Source of the DNA: an uncultured Oxalobacteraceae bacterium
Lineage (GTDB): Bacteria; Pseudomonadota; Gammaproteobacteria; Burkholderiales; Burkholderiaceae_D
Reading direction: 5' to 3'
Length of the DNA stretch: 64,000 nt
NCBI GenBank assembly: GCA_903862415.1
Contig: CAIOYD010000077.1
Coordinates: 60,454-124,453, forward strand
The position numbers and the translations under genes are program-made. Shown piece by piece: positions 1-10,037 of this stretch; position 1 is the stretch's first letter; each line of letters begins with the position of its first letter. Under the pieces are notes generated by a model that ran no database searches, was not told the DNA's origin, and saw nothing but the letters and a program-made list of their open reading frames with translations.

Positions 1-598
1 GGTTTTCCTGCAAATGTGCTTCCAGCACCTGCAGGTGGGCATGGTCGCTTTCCTGCATCATTTCTTGTGACACGGCCTGCAGCGGCGGCAACTGGTCGAG
101 TGCAGCCAGCCCCAGATCATCGAGAAACTGCCTGGTCGAAGCAAACAAAGCCGGTCGCCCCGGAACATCGCGATGACCTATGGTTTCAATCCAGCCGCGC
201 TCTTCGAGCATGCGTATGGTTTGCGCATTGACTGTCACGCCACGGATTTCTTCAATATCACCGCGAGTCACCGGCTGCTTGTAAACAATAATAGCCAGTG
301 TTTCCAGCGCCGCACGCGAATATTTAGGCGGCTTTTCCGGATTCATTCGGTCCAGATATTTACGCATGGCCGGACGACTCTGAAAACGCCAACCGGTCGA
401 CAGACTAGTCAGCTCTACGCCGCGATCTTGCCATTCATTGCGCAACATCCCCAGCATCAGCTTGAGCGCATCATTGCCGATAACATCCTCCGAGGAAGAC
501 TCATCCACAAAAAGTTTTTTCATGGAATGCAGGGTCAGCGGCTCATGTGCACATAACAGAGCGGTTTCGAGGACTGTTTTCGCCTCAGCAGTATTCAT
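1..598 (-). CDS. scpB: Segregation and condensation protein B (ScpB); C-terminus cut by the left window edge
   Basis: My own minus-strand translation from the ATG at 596-598 gives [23 protein letters not shown]...[33 protein letters not shown]...[18 protein letters not shown]. This is the typical ScpB winged-helix signature. The ORF has no stop inside the window, so it is missing from the ORF track. The + strand ORFs 16..556 are shadows of it. Confidence 0.75.
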   Translation of the reverse strand, partial: MNTAEAKTVLETALLCAHEPLTLHSMKKLFVDESSSEDVIGNDALKLMLGMLRNEWQDRGVELTSLSTGWRFQSRPAMRKYLDRMNPEKPPKYSRAALETLAIIVYKQPVTRGDIEEIRGVTVNAQTIRMLEERGWIETIGHRDVPGRPALFASTRQFLDDLGLAALDQLPPLQAVSQEMMQESDHAHLQVLEAHLQEN

Positions 599-832
599 TT
601 GCAACTCTTTAACACGAAATAGTGGGAAGGAGGAGAGCCAGCAGCACCCCCCAATTCGGAAAGACCGAATTTAATCCGGAACCAGTTACGGCATGGCTGG
701 ATAATCAACAGACTGTGTAGCTGGACAAGTGTTTCGTTATTTAGCCCGTACAATTTACGTGAAATTGTAAACGATTATTTTAAGATCACAAGCAAAATAA
801 CTTATCCAAATCAATGAAAAACTATTTATAAC

Positions 833-860
833 AAAAAGGCCACGAAATTCGTGGCCTTTT
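833..860 (-). terminator. Rho-independent terminator hairpin downstream of tRNA-fMet (symmetric, could act in both directions)
   Basis: The stem is GGCCACG (838-844) / CGTGGCC (850-856) with loop AAATT. It is flanked by an A5 run on one side and a T4 run on the other. Confidence 0.6.
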
Positions 861-863
861 AAC

Positions 864-940
864 TGGTTGCGGGGACAGGATTTGAACCTATGACCTTCGG
901 GTTATGAGCCCGACGAGCTGCCAGACTGCTCCACCCCGCG
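864..940 (-). tRNA. Initiator tRNA-fMet (anticodon CAT)
   Basis: The reverse complement reads CGCGGGGTGGAGCAGTCTGGCAGCTCGTCGGGCTCATAACCCGAAGGTCATAGGTTCAAATCCTGTCCCCGCAACCA (77 nt). It shows a C1:A72 mismatch, three consecutive G:C pairs in the anticodon stem, a CAT anticodon and an encoded CCA. It is near-identical to E. coli tRNA-fMet. Confidence 0.95.
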
Positions 941-1175
941 TCTGAGGGTCACACTATAATCGAACGACCGTTTTAACGCAAGGCATTTCGCAAAGTAAAC
1001 TGCTTTAGCAGGAGGAATCTGCAAAAAATCAGCAAAATTCATGCCAGATTTTGTGGAGCTAGCGCTTATTTTATCCCCGGAAGCTCAAAACAGTCATAAA
1101 ATAAGCCATCTTAACCATTCCTGCATTCAATGCCTGTGTTGGCTTGCCTGCTCCCTACCCCCTGTCCTCCACATT

Positions 1176-1739
1176 ATGATGAAATTTTGTTCTGAATGCG
1201 CTCATCCAGTTTCCCTGCAAATCCCCCCTGATGACAATCGGCTGCGTTTCGTTTGCACTCACTGTAAGGCCATCCATTATCAAAATCCCAAACTTGTGGT
1301 CGGCTCTATTCCAGTATGGAAACAGGACAGTGAAATCAAGGTGCTGCTTTGCCGTCGCGCCATCGAACCGCGCTACGGTTATTGGACTCTGCCGGCTGGA
1401 TTTATGGAAAATGGTGAAACGACGAGCGCTGCAGCCATGCGCGAAACGATCGAAGAAGCCGGTGCCAATATTGAATTGCACGGACTCTTTTCCATGCTCA
1501 ACGTAGCCCATGTCGATCAGGTGCATTTGTTTTATCTGGCCACACTGAACGATTTGACTTATTCCGCCGGCACTGAAAGTCTGGAAGTGGCTTTGTTTAG
1601 CGAGTCGGAAATTCCCTGGGAAGAGATTGCCTTTCAAACCATCAGCCATACCTTGAAATTTTTCTTTGCCGATGTAAAAACTGCTCAGCCGGGCATTCAG
1701 GTACATTGCCACGACATTGCCAAACCGCATCACGGCTGA
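1176..1739 (+). CDS. NUDIX hydrolase with N-terminal zinc-ribbon (CxxC...CxxC)
   Basis: The Nudix box is GFMENGETTSAAAMRETIEEAGA (GX5EX7REUXEEXGU). The N-terminus MMKFCSECAHPV...VCTHCKAIHY forms a zinc ribbon. I chose the start at the internal MMKF rather than the ORF-track start at 1041. Confidence 0.8.
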   Translation: MMKFCSECAHPVSLQIPPDDNRLRFVCTHCKAIHYQNPKLVVGSIPVWKQDSEIKVLLCRRAIEPRYGYWTLPAGFMENGETTSAAAMRETIEEAGANIELHGLFSMLNVAHVDQVHLFYLATLNDLTYSAGTESLEVALFSESEIPWEEIAFQTISHTLKFFFADVKTAQPGIQVHCHDIAKPHHG

Positions 1740-2003
1740 TTAGTCGGCTGCGAGTAAGTAGTAACCACAATTCATTTTCCACAGTTAAAAAATACACTGG
1801 TTAACAGTTACGCTGTTTTGCATGGCCATTGCATGTAACAATTTTATAACTACCACTGGAAAATCATGACATCTATCCGTAACAACCAACTCAGGCACGT
1901 TGCCAATGCTCCCAATAACCGGGCACAGCCAACCAGGATATTTCCCGTCGAAAGATCAACCGAGACTAGCCACTTATATCCGCGCCGGCGTGAATTAACA
2001 AAA

Positions 2004-2216
2004 ATGAGTGTTTACTCAACGTTTACCCAGAAAATTGCAAACATACCTTTATGGAAAGTGGTGGCCCCAGTTTGCGCCATCGTCGGTCTGGCGTTAGTCG
2101 CCAGCGGAGCAACCTTATCGGCTACTGGCTTTGGAATCCCTGTGGCAATACCGATATTTGTGATTGGTTTATTACTCGCGTTTCTGGCAGCTGGCCTCAT
2201 CATGCGCCATTCTTAG
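2004..2216 (+). CDS. Hypothetical small membrane protein (about 70 aa, two hydrophobic segments)
   Basis: The ORF 1866..2216 has a hydrophobic C-terminal part (VVAPVCAIVGLALVASG..., IPVAIPIFVIGLLLAFLAAGLIM). The start is uncertain (1866 or 2004). I recognise no family. Confidence 0.3.
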   Translation: MSVYSTFTQKIANIPLWKVVAPVCAIVGLALVASGATLSATGFGIPVAIPIFVIGLLLAFLAAGLIMRHS

Positions 2217-2255
2217 AAGCCGCTTCCCGAATTCCATGGTCAGCGATAAATATCC

Positions 2256-3515
2256 TCAGGCGCCGAATTTGGCACCGGCTTCACCCAGCCAGTAGGCATC
2301 GATATTTTTAAAGCCCCACTTACTGGCCATTTCACGCGAGATAATTTTGTCGCGTGAATCCCCCTTGGATAAATCCAGTAGCAGCGGAGGAATATAACTC
2401 ATCGACTTACTGGAAAAAAACACCCTGACCATGGGTGACAGCAGGGATGCATCGTTTTGCTCCACCACCACGCCCAGTCGTCCTGATTCAAGCATCACGA
2501 GCGAGCCAGCCGGATAAATTCCAATACTGCGAACAAACGCCTGAAACACTTTGTCATCAAAATGCTTTTTGCTCCATTCAGCCATTTTTTTAATTGACTC
2601 TGCCGGGCACCAGCCTTGCTTATATGGGCGATTGGAGGTAATGGCGTCGTACACATCGCACACCGCACCCATCTTGGCCATGAGGCTGATTTTACTGTCG
2701 TCATAATGATAGGGGTAACCAGAACCGTCGACTTTTTCATGGTGGTGCAGACACACATCAAGCACCACCGGGCTCATGGTTTTGGTTCTGAGCAGCATCT
2801 GATAGCCTTCGAGCGGATGTCTTTTGACCAGTTCGAATTCATCATCGGTAAGCTTGCCTGGTTTATTCAATACTTCCGACGGGATCATCATTTTTCCAAT
2901 ATCGTGCAGCAAACCGGCCATGCCGGCCTCCTTGACTTCGTCATCGGATAATTTGAGTTGTTTGGCCAGCGCGATCATCAGTGCACACACCGCGACCGAA
3001 TGCATGTAAGTGTAATCGTCCTTGGTTTTCAGACGCGCCAAGCCTATCAGTGCACCGGCATTACGATTGACGGATTCGGAAATTTCTTCCACCAGCGGTT
3101 GCATGCTTTCCAGATTGACGGCATTGCCCATGCGGGCTTCCTGAAACATCGACATTACGGCTTTTTTACTGTTCGCCACCACCTGACTGGCGCGATCGAG
3201 CTCCTGATCCATCGACATGGCGACCACCGGCACTTTCGCTTGCGGGGTGGGTGGCACTGGTTGAGCAGCCGGTTGCGGCTCGGGTTGTGGTGCAGGCCTG
3301 GGTTCAGGAACAGCTTCAGTTTCACTGTAGACATCAAGACCCTTGCTGGTATCGATGATTAATTCCGTAATATTACTGCTAACAATGGTCTTTAAAATAT
3401 CTGCTGAATTGATCAAAAACGATTTTTTCCAAAAAGGATGATCTATCCATGAACCACAAAATTCATGTACAAACATTCCTTGTCGCAAATGCTGAGTGGA
3501 AATTTTCTTAAGCAT
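2256..3515 (-). CDS. HD-GYP domain protein (putative c-di-GMP phosphodiesterase) with DUF3391-like N-terminus and a Pro-rich linker
   Basis: Motifs are HDIGKMMIP and HHHEKVDGSGYPY (HD...GYP). The N-terminus MLKKISTQHLRQGMFVHEF is paralogous to ORF 17737..19044. Confidence 0.85.
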   Translation of the reverse strand: MLKKISTQHLRQGMFVHEFCGSWIDHPFWKKSFLINSADILKTIVSSNITELIIDTSKGLDVYSETEAVPEPRPAPQPEPQPAAQPVPPTPQAKVPVVAMSMDQELDRASQVVANSKKAVMSMFQEARMGNAVNLESMQPLVEEISESVNRNAGALIGLARLKTKDDYTYMHSVAVCALMIALAKQLKLSDDEVKEAGMAGLLHDIGKMMIPSEVLNKPGKLTDDEFELVKRHPLEGYQMLLRTKTMSPVVLDVCLHHHEKVDGSGYPYHYDDSKISLMAKMGAVCDVYDAITSNRPYKQGWCPAESIKKMAEWSKKHFDDKVFQAFVRSIGIYPAGSLVMLESGRLGVVVEQNDASLLSPMVRVFFSSKSMSYIPPLLLDLSKGDSRDKIISREMASKWGFKNIDAYWLGEAGAKFGA

Positions 3516-3850
3516 GTTTAATAATCGGGTATGAGGTCAATGTCATAGCAAAAATACAATGCATCTCTGGCTGAGGCTGGAAGCGCCTGCGTCTGAAATC
3601 ATTATATGAGCTGTGCGCAATAAGAGAAGTGCTTATCACCAACAAATCAAAGCTAATTCATATAAATCAGTTGCTCAGTATCCAGATTGCGGACAGAAAT
3701 TGCCGGAATCAAGTCAAGACAACAACAATTTTGTTATCCATACAAGATATCGGATACTGATGGAATCGTGTCAGCACAATCAAAACGGCGTGTTTTACCT
3801 CCGATCACAGTCCATTGACATGGTTTTTTTACAAAGTTGACGGCGGAAAG

Positions 3851-4624
3851 TTATCGGTAGAGCAGATGGAAAGGCTTGAACAACTCCTGCATCACCGGGT
3901 TGGCAATGAAGGAAATGTTATAGGGATGTTCGGATGTCATGGCGGCAAAATGACTGGCTTCAGGCAATTGGGCAATTTTTTCAGCAATTTTCCCCCACAA
4001 CACCAACCTTACCTGCTCATGGCCTTGTTGCTGCAAGGTTTGCAGGACGCTGCATAAAAATGGCAGCCAGGCTTTGGCGTCGATGGCGGGGGCGACTTGG
4101 GAACGAAACACCAGACTGGCGTTGAGTAATAAAAACCCGTGTCGGAGCAAGTTGTGCTGCAATTCAGCTCCGGTCTGTATCATTCCGGAGTGTGACTGGC
4201 AAGCCCGATTTGCCACCGCAGTCAGGGCTGGTCCCGTGGTTGAACGACTGTCAAGCTGACCATCAGCGACGAGCAGCATTTTCATGAAATTGCGCAGCGA
4301 CGTGGCGCGGTTGACCTGTTTGGACAAACCCACTCCCGGGCGCCACAACTCGTGCACAGCACCATCCATGAAACAGACACCGGTTGCACTTTGTTCCCGC
4401 GGATAGGGGCCCTCACCAAAGAGCACAAAGCGCACGGAGTTCAACGGCAGGGCAAACGCGGCAAACAAACGCTGCTGTGTCGGCAAAAAATCACTCGCGG
4501 CCAGGCTGGGAAGATAGTCCGGCTGTGCCTGTTGCACAGCCTTCAGCCCGACATGCAGCGTCGGTTGCCAGGATGGATGCGCCAGGGCCAGAGCAGCCGC
4601 TATCGATGGCGGAAATTCCGCCAT
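3851..4624 (-). CDS. Uracil-DNA glycosylase (family 1)-like protein with a degenerate catalytic motif
   Basis: It is colinear with E. coli Ung by eye. [20 protein letters not shown] matches [31 protein letters not shown] matches [23 protein letters not shown] matches VFLLWGSHAQKK. HPYNISF matches HPSPLSA. The start ATG overlaps the gspC stop by 1 nt. Confidence 0.55.
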   Translation of the reverse strand: [257 protein letters not shown]

Positions 4625-5166
4625 TAGCTAACCGGCATCGCTGGCAAAGGCAGAGGTGGGCGAGAAATAACACCCTGACGCCCGGGTGAACCATTCATTT
4701 CTGCCGGATTGGTTTCTGCCGGGTTGGGATTCACAAACCCGGTCGGAGAATTTCTGGGTGCTGCCGTGGCCATGCTGCTGGCTTCCTGCGGTAAATCTAC
4801 CCGCTTGCTGCTGCCATGATCGAGCAACAGGATGTAACCGGCATGGATTTCCGTCAGGGCGATACCGGGACTGATTTCACTGTTGAGCCGGTAAGCCTGG
4901 GCAGGTTTACCGTCAACAGCCAGAATGGCACCGCTCTGGCTCACCGGATTGGCAACGATGATACCTTTGAGCTGGTAATTGCTGGCGACGGCCAAAGCGC
5001 CGCCGAACAGCCCGGCCACACTGTCCACCGTTGCCACAGCTTCAGGCTGTGGTGGAGCAACAATTTTGCGCGCTACCGGTTTCATCAGTTGCAATATCCA
5101 GTAGCTGCCTGAGATGCACAAAATAATAAACAGACACAGGCTGCTAATGAGCGGTAATTTTTTCAT
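4624..5166 (-). CDS. gspC: Type II secretion system protein GspC (short form, no PDZ)
   Basis: It has an N-terminal TM anchor and an HR-like domain (LKGIIVANPVSQSGAILAVDGKPAQAYRLNSEISPGIALTEIHAGYILLL). It is the last gene of the gsp operon. Confidence 0.65.
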   Translation of the reverse strand: MKKLPLISSLCLFIILCISGSYWILQLMKPVARKIVAPPQPEAVATVDSVAGLFGGALAVASNYQLKGIIVANPVSQSGAILAVDGKPAQAYRLNSEISPGIALTEIHAGYILLLDHGSSKRVDLPQEASSMATAAPRNSPTGFVNPNPAETNPAEMNGSPGRQGVISRPPLPLPAMPVS

Positions 5167-5180
5167 GCAGTTCTTTCTCT

Positions 5181-6395
5181 CTAACGCACCAGTTGATTGA
5201 TTTCAATAATCGGCATTAACACGGCCAGCACAATCAATAACACCACCACACCCATCACCAGAATGAGCACCGGCTCAAGCAAACCTGCCATGGTTAAGGC
5301 GCGGCGTTCCAGATCTTGTTGCTGGGAATCGGCCGCGCGTTCGAGCATGGCGGGCAGGTCACCCGTGACTTCACCGGCGCGGATCATATGAATGAGCATG
5401 GGTGGAAAATACTGGTAGGTCGACAGCGCCCGCGCCAGACTGACACCTTCGCGCACGGCTGTGGTGGCATGATCAACCTGGGCACGCATGGCCACATTCG
5501 AGAGGGTATCGCGGCTGGTTTGCAGGGCCTGCAAGATCGGCACACCGGAACCAATAGTAATAGCCAGAGTGCTGGCAAAACGGCTGGTATTGAGGCTGCG
5601 TTCAAACCTGCCATACAAAGGGGCACTCAGCAGCCAACTGTGCCAGCGCATTTTTACCTCGGGATTTTTCAGCAGTTGCAGCCAGCACCAGGACGCGGCA
5701 ATCACCAGAATGGCCACCACAATACCCCAGGCACGTACGAAATCGGAAATCGCCAACATGATGACTGTCAGAATCGGCAAATGCTGTTTGGTATTGGCAA
5801 ACACCGAAACAATTTGCGGCACAACATAGGCGAGTAAAAAAATCACGATGGCAAACGCTACCACGGTAACAATGGCCGGATAGGTGAACGCCAGCTTCAC
5901 CTTTTGCACCAGCGCATTGCGACGTTCAATAAAATCTGCCAGGCGCGACAACACCCGTGCCAACTGGCCGATCTGCTCACCAGAAGCCACCAGCGACGTG
6001 TAAATATCGGCGAAATCACGCGGGTAGCGTTTAAGTACTTCGGAGAGAGAATGGCCAGCCATGACTTCGGCACGAATGGCGGCAATCAGATCGCGCACGT
6101 AGATGCGTTCGGCCTGTTCCAGCAGGGCAGAAAAGGCCTGTTCCAGCGGCAGGCCCGCTTCGAGCAGACTGGCAAGCTGACGGGTAAACAGTGAGAGTTC
6201 GGTGGAAGATAATTTATCCGCAAACAGCCCCAGCTGGTTTTTAGTCTGTTCCTGACTGGCGATTTGTTCGACCGTAATCGGTGTCAATCCCTGGCCGCGC
6301 AATTCCGCCCGCGCCGCACGGGCGCTGTCAGCATTCATGACACCAGTTTTATTCTTCCCGTCGGCAAACAGGGCTTCGTAACGAAATGCAGGCAC
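5181..6395 (-). CDS. gspF: Type II secretion system inner-membrane platform protein GspF
   Basis: The 404-aa protein has a duplicated GspF/PilC architecture with three TM segments. It opens with the typical MPAFRYEALFADGK. Confidence 0.9.
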   Translation of the reverse strand: MPAFRYEALFADGKNKTGVMNADSARAARAELRGQGLTPITVEQIASQEQTKNQLGLFADKLSSTELSLFTRQLASLLEAGLPLEQAFSALLEQAERIYVRDLIAAIRAEVMAGHSLSEVLKRYPRDFADIYTSLVASGEQIGQLARVLSRLADFIERRNALVQKVKLAFTYPAIVTVVAFAIVIFLLAYVVPQIVSVFANTKQHLPILTVIMLAISDFVRAWGIVVAILVIAASWCWLQLLKNPEVKMRWHSWLLSAPLYGRFERSLNTSRFASTLAITIGSGVPILQALQTSRDTLSNVAMRAQVDHATTAVREGVSLARALSTYQYFPPMLIHMIRAGEVTGDLPAMLERAADSQQQDLERRALTMAGLLEPVLILVMGVVVLLIVLAVLMPIIEINQLVR

Positions 6396-6409
6396 TTTTT
6401 TTCCTGTTC

Positions 6410-7840
6410 CTATTCTTTGGTGACACGCATAAGTTCTTCACGTGAGGTGACGCCTTGTGCTATCCAGCGCTCGCCATCTTCACGCATATTGAGCATGCCA
6501 TGAGCCTTGGCGGTGGCGCGGATCTCAGCTTCAGAAGCACGCTGGTGAATTTGTGCGCGTATCTGATCGGTGGTTTCCAGTAATTCATACACACCCACCC
6601 TGCCCTGATAGCCGGTCTGAGCACATTGTTCACAGCCAACCGGATGCCATTCCTGGCCGTCAAAGCGTTTGCAGTGTTTACACAATTTGCGCACCAGTCG
6701 CTGAGCCAGCACGCCGATGAGTGAGGAAGACAGTAAAAACGGTTCGATACCCATATCAAGCAACCGGGTCACGGCGGCAGCCGAATCGTTGGTGTGCAGT
6801 GTTGCCAGTACCAGATGACCGGTTAAAGACGCCTGCACGGCAATCTGCGCCGTTTCCAGATCGCGGATTTCACCGATCATGATGACATCCGGATCCTGAC
6901 GCAAAATGGCGCGCAGAGCTTTGGCAAAGGTCATGTCGATACGGGTATTGACCTGGGTCTGGCCGATACCGATCAGATCGTATTCAATCGGATCTTCCAC
7001 CGTCAGAATATTGGTGGTGCTGGCGTTGAGTCGCGACAGCGCGGCATACAGGGTGGTGGTTTTACCGGAGCCGGTCGGTCCGGTAACGAGCACGATGCCG
7101 TGTGGCTGATTGATGAGCTTGTCAAACTGAGGCGACATGGCGTCACTCATGCCCAGATTGGTTAAGTCCAGGCGCCCGGCTTCCTTGTCGAGCAAACGCA
7201 ATACCGCGCGCTCGCCATGGCCGGTGGGCAGTGTCGAGACCCGCACATCGAGCGACTTTCCGCCTATCCGCAGGGCGATGCGACCATCCTGCGGCAAACG
7301 TTTTTCGGCGATGTCGAGTTGAGACATGATTTTAATGCGCGAAATCAGTGCCGCATGAATGGCTTTTTTGGGGCGCACGATATCGCGCAGACTGCCGTCG
7401 ATCCGGAAACGAACGACTGAAATCTGTTCAAACGGTTCGATGTGAATATCGGAAGCACCTTCACGCAATGCCTGGGTCAGCAGCGCATTGATCATGCGGA
7501 TCACCGGGGCATCATCGGCCGATTCGAGCAAATCTTCAATCGCCGGTAAATCCGACATCATTTTAGCCAGATCCAGATCCGATTCGACTTCATCCACCAC
7601 CTGGGCCGCATCACCACCCGAGCCAGCATACGCCCGGTCGATGGCCAACACCAAATCGGCGTGGGGAATGCGGTTGAGTTTGATTTTGCCATAACGGCGC
7701 CCGACTTCGGCAATCGCGGTCAGGGCGGTGCGTTCCGAACTCCAGACGTACAGCAGTTCAGATTCACCCCAGCCAGCCAGGATGGAACACTCACGCGCAA
7801 ACGTGTACGGCAGCAAATTGGCCTGTGCTATCGAAATCAT
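6410..7840 (-). CDS. gspE: Type II secretion system ATPase GspE
   Basis: It carries Walker A GPTGSGKTTT, Asp/His boxes and the tetracysteine CKHC...CEQC. It sits between gspD and gspF. Confidence 0.92.
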   Translation of the reverse strand: MISIAQANLLPYTFARECSILAGWGESELLYVWSSERTALTAIAEVGRRYGKIKLNRIPHADLVLAIDRAYAGSGGDAAQVVDEVESDLDLAKMMSDLPAIEDLLESADDAPVIRMINALLTQALREGASDIHIEPFEQISVVRFRIDGSLRDIVRPKKAIHAALISRIKIMSQLDIAEKRLPQDGRIALRIGGKSLDVRVSTLPTGHGERAVLRLLDKEAGRLDLTNLGMSDAMSPQFDKLINQPHGIVLVTGPTGSGKTTTLYAALSRLNASTTNILTVEDPIEYDLIGIGQTQVNTRIDMTFAKALRAILRQDPDVIMIGEIRDLETAQIAVQASLTGHLVLATLHTNDSAAAVTRLLDMGIEPFLLSSSLIGVLAQRLVRKLCKHCKRFDGQEWHPVGCEQCAQTGYQGRVGVYELLETTDQIRAQIHQRASEAEIRATAKAHGMLNMREDGERWIAQGVTSREELMRVTKE

Positions 7841-7841
7841 G

Positions 7842-10037
7842 TTATGGCGCCGGTGATGCAGGCACGGCTGCTGTTGGTGCTACTGGAGTAGCCTTGCTGT
7901 CAGCCGCTGGTGCCAACCTGGATTTGATCGGATCATGACTGACAAATTGTGGCGACAACAACGAATCGCCTTTTTCCGAATCGAGTGCCGGCATATTCAA
8001 AATCGCTGCACTCGGATTATCGGTATGCACCTGAGCGCGCATGTAGTCATAGCGATCGACGGAGATGGAATTGCTTTGCTCCGGATTGCGAATCACGGTC
8101 GGCCGCAGGAAAATCAGCAGATTGCTTTTGTCATGGGTTTTGTTTTTGTATTTGAACAAATTGCCCAGATAGGGAATGTCGCCCAGCAGCGGCACCTGAT
8201 CATTCTTTTCACCGCTGTCTTCGGCCATCAGGCCGCCCAGCACCAACACCTTGCCATCATCGACAATCACATTGGTTTCAATGGAGCGTACTTTGGTAAT
8301 AATCCCGGCATCGCTGGTGGTGGTCGTATCGATATTGGAGACTTCCTGATAAATATAAAGTTTGACCGAACCACCTTCAGAAATCTGCGGACGCACCCGC
8401 AGGGTGACGCCGACATCTTTACGTTCAATAGTCTGAAATGGGTTCACGGTCGAACCGGAATTGGTCGAGGCATTGGTGTATTGACCAGTCACGAAAGGAA
8501 CATTTTGTCCGACCAGAATCTTGGCTTCTTCATTGTCTAGCGTGGTCAGTGTCGGCACCGATAATACATTCGCATTGCCGGTCGATTGCAGCGCATTGGC
8601 CAGAGCACCCAGTCCCAACTGGGCACTGAAGATACCGACATTCAGACCAGGATCGGGCACGGCGGATTTACCGGCAGCGGCTAAGGCAAACAAGTTGTTG
8701 GTGGCACCACCAGTATTGAAGCTCGAGGCGCTGCCGACACGCACACTACTGTTACTGTTACCGGTCAGGGCGGCCCACTGAACACCAAACTGGGCGGCCT
8801 TGCTGGTAGAAACTTCGACGATCAGTGCTTCAATATAGACTTGCGAACGGCGCGCATCGAGCTGATCGATGACTGCACGCAAATTGCGGTACACCGGTTC
8901 ACTGCAGGTAATGATGAGCGTATTGGTGGCCGAATCAGCCTGAATATATCCGGCTGCACCACCACTGGGCAGGGTAGTCGGGGTGTTCGAGGTGCTGCTG
9001 GATGAACCACCACCCATAGCATTGCCCAATCCGCCTGAATTTGACTGACCGGTAGCGCCCTTGTTTTGCATCGCCGGCGATTGGACATTATTGCTGCTAC
9101 CCTGAGTAGCTGTTGCTGCTGAACTTGTGCCGTCAGCGGCAGAAATCGCCCGCAGGGTCAGCGCCAGTTTAATTGCATCGGCATTTCGTAAATACACCAC
9201 ATGCACATTGCCCGGCAACACCGTCGGCTGATCGAGTTTGTCAATCAGGGTCTTAATCAGATTGGCTCTGGCAGTCGAAGGGGCGTGCAGCAAAATCGAA
9301 TTGGTACGGCTGTCAGCCAGAATATTGGTTTTACCGCTGTCGACCGGGGAATTTTGTTGTTCCGTCAAACGCAACACCAGCGCCACCACATCGCTGGCGA
9401 TACCGTATTTGATTGGAATCACATCGGAATCATTGGTCGCTGGCGCATCCAGGCTGGCGATGATTTTTTCCAACCGCTTGAGATTATCGGCATAGTCGGT
9501 AATGACGAGCGAATTATTACCCGGATTGGCATTGATGGTGTTGTTGGGTGAAATCAGCGGCCGCAATACCGTCACCAGATTGGCGGCACTTTCATAATTA
9601 AGCCGATAAACCTGGGTGGCAATCTGATCTCCCTTGATGCCGCTGATCTGGGTCGGACCAGCCTGAAGTTTGCCATCCGATTCCGGCACCACTTTGGTAA
9701 AGCCATTGGCCGTGACCACGGCATAGCCCTGCAAGCGCAGGGTTGAGGTCAGCAGAGCAAAGGCCTGCTCCTTGTTGACCGGCTGTTCTGACACCAGGTT
9801 GATGGTGCCTTTGACGCGCGGATCAATAATAAACGTCGTTCCGGTATAGTGCCCGACTGCCTTGATGACGGATTCGATATCGGCGCCCACAAAGGTCAGT
9901 TTGGATTCATTCAGGCCAGGTTCCTGCGCACCTGCAGACAGGCAGGTTAAACCCGTCAAAGCGCAAAACAGGACCTGTGCTGTCCACTGGGGTGCGGCAC
10001 AGAAAAACTTACGTGGGGTCAGATTTAATGGTGTCAT
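7842..10037 (-). CDS. gspD: Type II secretion system secretin GspD
   Basis: The secretin C-domain motifs are VPLLGDIPYLGNLFKYK and LLIFLRPTVI. The signal peptide is MTPLNLTPRKFF...LSAGAQE. I chose the ATG at 10037; the ORF-track start at 10067 is TTG. Confidence 0.92.
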   Translation of the reverse strand: MTPLNLTPRKFFCAAPQWTAQVLFCALTGLTCLSAGAQEPGLNESKLTFVGADIESVIKAVGHYTGTTFIIDPRVKGTINLVSEQPVNKEQAFALLTSTLRLQGYAVVTANGFTKVVPESDGKLQAGPTQISGIKGDQIATQVYRLNYESAANLVTVLRPLISPNNTINANPGNNSLVITDYADNLKRLEKIIASLDAPATNDSDVIPIKYGIASDVVALVLRLTEQQNSPVDSGKTNILADSRTNSILLHAPSTARANLIKTLIDKLDQPTVLPGNVHVVYLRNADAIKLALTLRAISAADGTSSAATATQGSSNNVQSPAMQNKGATGQSNSGGLGNAMGGGSSSSTSNTPTTLPSGGAAGYIQADSATNTLIITCSEPVYRNLRAVIDQLDARRSQVYIEALIVEVSTSKAAQFGVQWAALTGNSNSSVRVGSASSFNTGGATNNLFALAAAGKSAVPDPGLNVGIFSAQLGLGALANALQSTGNANVLSVPTLTTLDNEEAKILVGQNVPFVTGQYTNASTNSGSTVNPFQTIERKDVGVTLRVRPQISEGGSVKLYIYQEVSNIDTTTTSDAGIITKVRSIETNVIVDDGKVLVLGGLMAEDSGEKNDQVPLLGDIPYLGNLFKYKNKTHDKSNLLIFLRPTVIRNPEQSNSISVDRYDYMRAQVHTDNPSAAILNMPALDSEKGDSLLSPQFVSHDPIKSRLAPAADSKATPVAPTAAVPASPAP

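Noticed and set aside
16-674. The + strand ORFs 16..231, 173..556 and 438..674 at the left edge.
   Set aside because: The minus strand across the same region translates into a clean ScpB sequence from an ATG at 596-598. The + ORFs are overlapping shadows.
3613-4057. The ORFs 3613..3840 and 3815..4057 in and next to the 335-nt AT-rich spacer.
   Set aside because: They have no RBS and low-complexity translations. The second overlaps the 3' end of the UDG-like gene on the opposite strand. The spacer is more likely promoter and terminator space for the convergent or divergent neighbours.
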